The notes under the pieces: model-generated
What the model was told of the DNA's origin: nothing
Databases searched by the model: none
The model's input: only the letters and a program-made list of their open reading frames with translations
Position numbers and translations under genes: made by a program
Source of the DNA: Geopsychrobacteraceae bacterium
Lineage (GTDB): Bacteria; Desulfobacterota; Desulfuromonadia; Desulfuromonadales; Geopsychrobacteraceae
Reading direction: 5' to 3'
DNA: 64,000 bases
Assembly: GCA_963662315.1 (NCBI GenBank)
Contig: OY759353.1
Span: 3,488,001 to 3,552,000 of the forward strand
Part shown: piece by piece, positions 60,822-64,000 of the stretch
How the letters are laid out: every line of letters starts with the position of its first letter
How positions within the stretch are numbered: the first letter of the stretch is position 1

Positions 60822-61133
60822 ATGAGAAAAGAGCGTATGGGGACTTTTGATTCTGGCTTGTGGGCACAATTAAGGTTGGTGGAAAAGTCCATCTATATGG
60901 CCATGAGATCTTACTCATACTTTGATATCGAAACCTGTCGTGAAGACTCCAATGACGATATGCAGGAGAGCTATAAAACAAGAATAAGCGAAATGGTGAT
61001 CGCTGATTCTGATGTTTTGTCTGAATATGCAGGAATTACAGGGCGAACATTAAAAAATGCAATATTGGGGTTGGCTCGCAAGGGATTAGTTCAAAATGAT
61101 GGGGATGAGCTTTGTTATTTTAAGGGGAAGTGA
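60822..61133 (+). CDS. Hypothetical winged-helix protein, possibly a remnant
   Basis: C-terminal VLSEYAGITGRTLKNAILGLARKGLV HTH-like pattern. Confidence 0.5.
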   Translation: MRKERMGTFDSGLWAQLRLVEKSIYMAMRSYSYFDIETCREDSNDDMQESYKTRISEMVIADSDVLSEYAGITGRTLKNAILGLARKGLVQNDGDELCYFKGK

Positions 61134-61340
61134 TCTACATAGATTCCCCATTAAGTAGGTTGTGAAAGAAGGTTTGTTTAAAGTAGGAAAGATAAAAAGA
61201 AGCGTATTGACCAACGCTCTTTTGCCAAGAGCTCTTTAAACTTTTGAATATTCCAATAGAAAATCATGCACCTTTTCGTTATTCTTAACCGATAGGCTGT
61301 CTGGAGGGATACGATAAAGGCCATTCGTTAGTTTAGCGAC

Positions 61341-61374
61341 CGCTTCGTGCCTGTATGGGTGAAGCGTTTTTTTT
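61341..61374 (+). terminator. Intrinsic terminator directly upstream of hsdM
   Basis: CGCTTCG...TGAAGCG stem followed by T8. Confidence 0.7.
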
Positions 61375-61405
61375 ATGTAATGACCCAGGAAGGGATTTTT
61401 TGTAG

Positions 61406-63739
61406 ATGACCCCCAATTTTACCCAGACTGCTGCGTTTCTCTGGTCAGTAGCTGACCTGCTGCGTGGCGATTTTAAACAGAGCCAGTATGGCCGTATTAT
61501 TTTGCCATTCACCTTGCTTCGCCGGCTTGAATGCGTCATCCAAAAAGATAAATCCGCTATTCTTAAAAAACAGGAACAGATCGCTGCTATGGCCTTGCCG
61601 GAAGAGGCGGCGGAAAAGATGTTGTTACGGGTTACTGAGGCTAACTTTTTCAATATCTCGCCCATGGATTTGTCCAAGCTTGGCGAATCCGGCATCAAAG
61701 ATAACCTTGAAACCTATCTGCAGTCATTTTCAAAGGATGCACGGGAGATCTTTGAATATTTCAAGTTCGGGGAATTTATCGGCCAGCTGAACGATGCTAA
61801 TCTCCTCTATAAAGTAGTGCAAAAGTTTGCTACGACCGACCTGAGTCCAGAGCGTATTTCCAATTATGAAATGGGACTTGTTTTTGAGGAGCTGATTCGG
61901 CGTTTTGCAGAGAGTTCCAATGAAACTGCCGGTGAGCACTTTACCCCGCGTGATATCGTTCGCCTGACAACGTCTTTGGTTTTTATGGCCGATGATGAGG
62001 TGCTGACCCGGGAAGGGATCATTCGTACCATTTATGACCCAACGGCCGGAACAGGAGGCTTTCTCTCCAATGGCATGGAGTATGTTCACGAGCTCAACCC
62101 CAATGCGGTCATGCGCGCTTTTGGCCAGGAGCTGAACCCGGAATCTTACGCCATCTGCAAAGCCGACATGCTGATTAAAGGACAGGAAGTCGACCGCATC
62201 AAGCTGGGCAATACCCTCAGCAACGATCAGCTTTATGCCGATAAATTCGATTACATGCTCTCTAACCCACCCTTTGGAGTCGATTGGAAGAAGGTCGAAA
62301 AAGAGATCCGGGACGAACACACCCTCAAAGGCTTCGACGGACGCTTTGGCCCCGGTCTGCCACGGGTTTCCGACGGATCGTTGCTGTTTTTGCTGCACCT
62401 CATCAGCAAGCTGCGCGACACCAGGGACGGTGGCGGGCGCATTGGCATTATCCTCAACGGCTCGCCGCTCTTTACCGGCGGCGCGGGCAGTGGCGAGAGC
62501 GAAATTCGCCGCTACATTCTTGAAGCCGATCTGCTGGAGGCGATCGTTGCCTTGCCGACCGACATGTTCTACAACACCGGCATCGCGACCTATGTCTGGG
62601 TACTCTCCAACAAGAAAGCCCCGGAACGAAAAGGAAAGGTGCAGCTCATCAACGGTGTCAACCTCTGTAGTAAAATGCGCAAGTCCCTCGGTTCTAAACG
62701 CAACGTAATGCTTGATGATGATATTGCCACGATTACCCGTGCCTTCGGGCAGTTCGAGCAGATCGATACTGTTGAACTCAACAAGCCTGAAAATATGAAA
62801 AGCAATCGTGGGCGACAATCCGAAAATCCGAAACCGCCAGAACCGAAGACCTTTTCGAGCAAGGTTTTTGCCACCACCGATTTCGGTTATCGGCGCATTA
62901 CCGTCGAGCGGCCTTTGCGGCTTTCGGTACAGTTCAGCAACGAACGCCTGGAAGAGTTGCGTTTTGCCCCCAAGCCGTTTAATGCGGTGATGAAGTGGGC
63001 TTACGAACAGTTTGGACAGAACTGGACAGATGAAGATTACGGTGATCTCTCGGCTTACGAGAGTGAAATTCGCGCCTATATCAAAGTGAATTTCTCCGGG
63101 TTGAAAGAGAAACAGATCAAGGAGGTCTTAGACGAAGGCCTGTGGCGGTTTCAGAAAGCCCTGCTGGAGGTCGGAGCAGCGTTGCAGAAGCAGCTTGGAA
63201 AACAGATGGGGATTGACGCTATCGTTGCTGGTTGGTGTGACGACTTCAATCATTTTGAAGGTCAGCTGAAGAAGGCTCTGAGCGCCATCGAGGTGAAGCT
63301 TGAGGTTGGGGAGAAAAAACAGCTTCTTAATGCAGTGAGTTGGAAAAATCCCGAGGCACAACGGGTGATCAAGAAGGTTCACAGCCAAAAGGACGATCCA
63401 CTTTACGGGCTGTTTGAGCTGGGGAAAAAGGTCGTCGAATTTCAGATAGATGGCGACCTGCGTGATTATGAGAATATCCCCCTTGATCCGTCACGTCCGG
63501 TCAAGGAGGTGGTTGAAGATTATTTCACCAAAGAAGTCGCTCCCCATGTGCCCGATGCCTGGATCGACGGCAGCAAACGTGATGGCAAAGATGGTGGACT
63601 TGGTCTGGTTGGTTACGAGATTCCTTTCAATCGGCATTTCTATGTATACACACCGCCGCGTTCGCTGGAGGAGATTGATGCTGACCTGGACAAAGTCAGC
63701 GCTGAAATCATGGAGTTGCTGCGCGAGGTGCATTCATGA
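61406..63739 (+). CDS. hsdM: Type I restriction-modification N6-adenine methyltransferase, M subunit
   Basis: [46 protein letters not shown]. Confidence 0.96.
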   Translation: MTPNFTQTAAFLWSVADLLRGDFKQSQYGRIILPFTLLRRLECVIQKDKSAILKKQEQIAAMALPEEAAEKMLLRVTEANFFNISPMDLSKLGESGIKDNLETYLQSFSKDAREIFEYFKFGEFIGQLNDANLLYKVVQKFATTDLSPERISNYEMGLVFEELIRRFAESSNETAGEHFTPRDIVRLTTSLVFMADDEVLTREGIIRTIYDPTAGTGGFLSNGMEYVHELNPNAVMRAFGQELNPESYAICKADMLIKGQEVDRIKLGNTLSNDQLYADKFDYMLSNPPFGVDWKKVEKEIRDEHTLKGFDGRFGPGLPRVSDGSLLFLLHLISKLRDTRDGGGRIGIILNGSPLFTGGAGSGESEIRRYILEADLLEAIVALPTDMFYNTGIATYVWVLSNKKAPERKGKVQLINGVNLCSKMRKSLGSKRNVMLDDDIATITRAFGQFEQIDTVELNKPENMKSNRGRQSENPKPPEPKTFSSKVFATTDFGYRRITVERPLRLSVQFSNERLEELRFAPKPFNAVMKWAYEQFGQNWTDEDYGDLSAYESEIRAYIKVNFSGLKEKQIKEVLDEGLWRFQKALLEVGAALQKQLGKQMGIDAIVAGWCDDFNHFEGQLKKALSAIEVKLEVGEKKQLLNAVSWKNPEAQRVIKKVHSQKDDPLYGLFELGKKVVEFQIDGDLRDYENIPLDPSRPVKEVVEDYFTKEVAPHVPDAWIDGSKRDGKDGGLGLVGYEIPFNRHFYVYTPPRSLEEIDADLDKVSAEIMELLREVHS

Positions 63740-63781
63740 AAGCTGCTGCTTGCCAGATGTTTTCTATGTTTAAAATAGTAC

Positions 63782-63810
63782 TTGACGGTATGAATGGGGG
63801 AATGTACAGT
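63782..63810 (+). promoter_or_regulatory. sigma70 promoter
   Basis: TTGACG-17 bp-TACAGT. Confidence 0.75.
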
Positions 63811-63816
63811 TTTTCC

Positions 63817-63903
63817 ATCGCTTCGGCGATTCACTTTAAAAACACCCTCCAAGCCTCTCCGATGGTTCGCCGTCGCGATGCTCAAACCGGAGGGTTTATT
63901 TTT
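63817..63903 (+). ncRNA. Structured RNA upstream of the Abi gene, candidate antitoxin or leader
   Basis: ATCGC-TTCG-GCGAT hairpin; ACCCTCC/GGAGGGT stem enclosing CGATGG-TTCG-CCGTCG; T-rich tail. Confidence 0.6.
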
Positions 63904-63916
63904 AGGGGGCTAAGCT

Positions 63917-64000
63917 ATGCAATATAGCAAGCCCCCTCTTTCAATTGATGATCAGGTTGCCCGTTTGTTTCAGCGCGGGTTAGTCTGCGAAAACCCTGAG
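63917..64000 (+). CDS. Abi_2 (AbiD/AbiF)-family protein, N-terminal fragment running off the window
   Basis: AGGGGG RBS; MQYSKPPLSIDDQVARLFQRGLVCENPE matches the KP.LS...Q...L..RGL start of the family. Confidence 0.75.
   Translation, partial: MQYSKPPLSIDDQVARLFQRGLVCENPE

Noticed and set aside
61730..62818. 362-aa minus-strand ORF
   Set aside because: Antisense shadow of hsdM
63736..63927. 63-aa ORF as hsdS
   Set aside because: No HsdS motifs; it spans a promoter and structured RNA and overlaps the Abi start

Overview
Chromosomal window from an anaerobic deltaproteobacterium, most likely Desulfuromonadales (inferred from the sfrB-sfrA pair beside def-fmt-htpX-rsmB-rpe and mltG-plsY). From left to right: a complete second-type, probably Na+-translocating N-ATPase operon (atpDCQRBEFAG, 1.35-7.9 kb); a dCache-GGDEF gene, pyrC and tRNA-Val(GAC); a folA-pncA-pncB-baiN cofactor cluster; a standalone nitrilase-fold gene; a HypR-like redox module; a self-contained Tat-exported molybdoenzyme operon with its own PAS-LuxR regulator (24.4-30.5 kb); a housekeeping block (30.9-45.1 kb); several signalling genes; a LysR-tctCBA-argE uptake/catabolism unit; and the start of a defence island (60.8-64 kb). 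The strongest novelty candidate is at the right edge. Instead of hsdS, hsdM is followed by a sigma70 promoter, a structured ~90-nt RNA with two UUCG hairpins and a terminator-like end, and the start of an Abi_2 (AbiD/AbiF)-like gene. This is the layout of an RNA-antitoxin toxin-antitoxin module nested in a type I R-M locus. Also seen outside the ORF track: a 54-aa LysR-divergent small protein, a one-base frameshift in a DUF2846 lipoprotein, several operator-like sites and gene remnants. No CRISPR array, rRNA, transposase or integrase was found. All family assignments come from motif recognition by eye, not from database searches.
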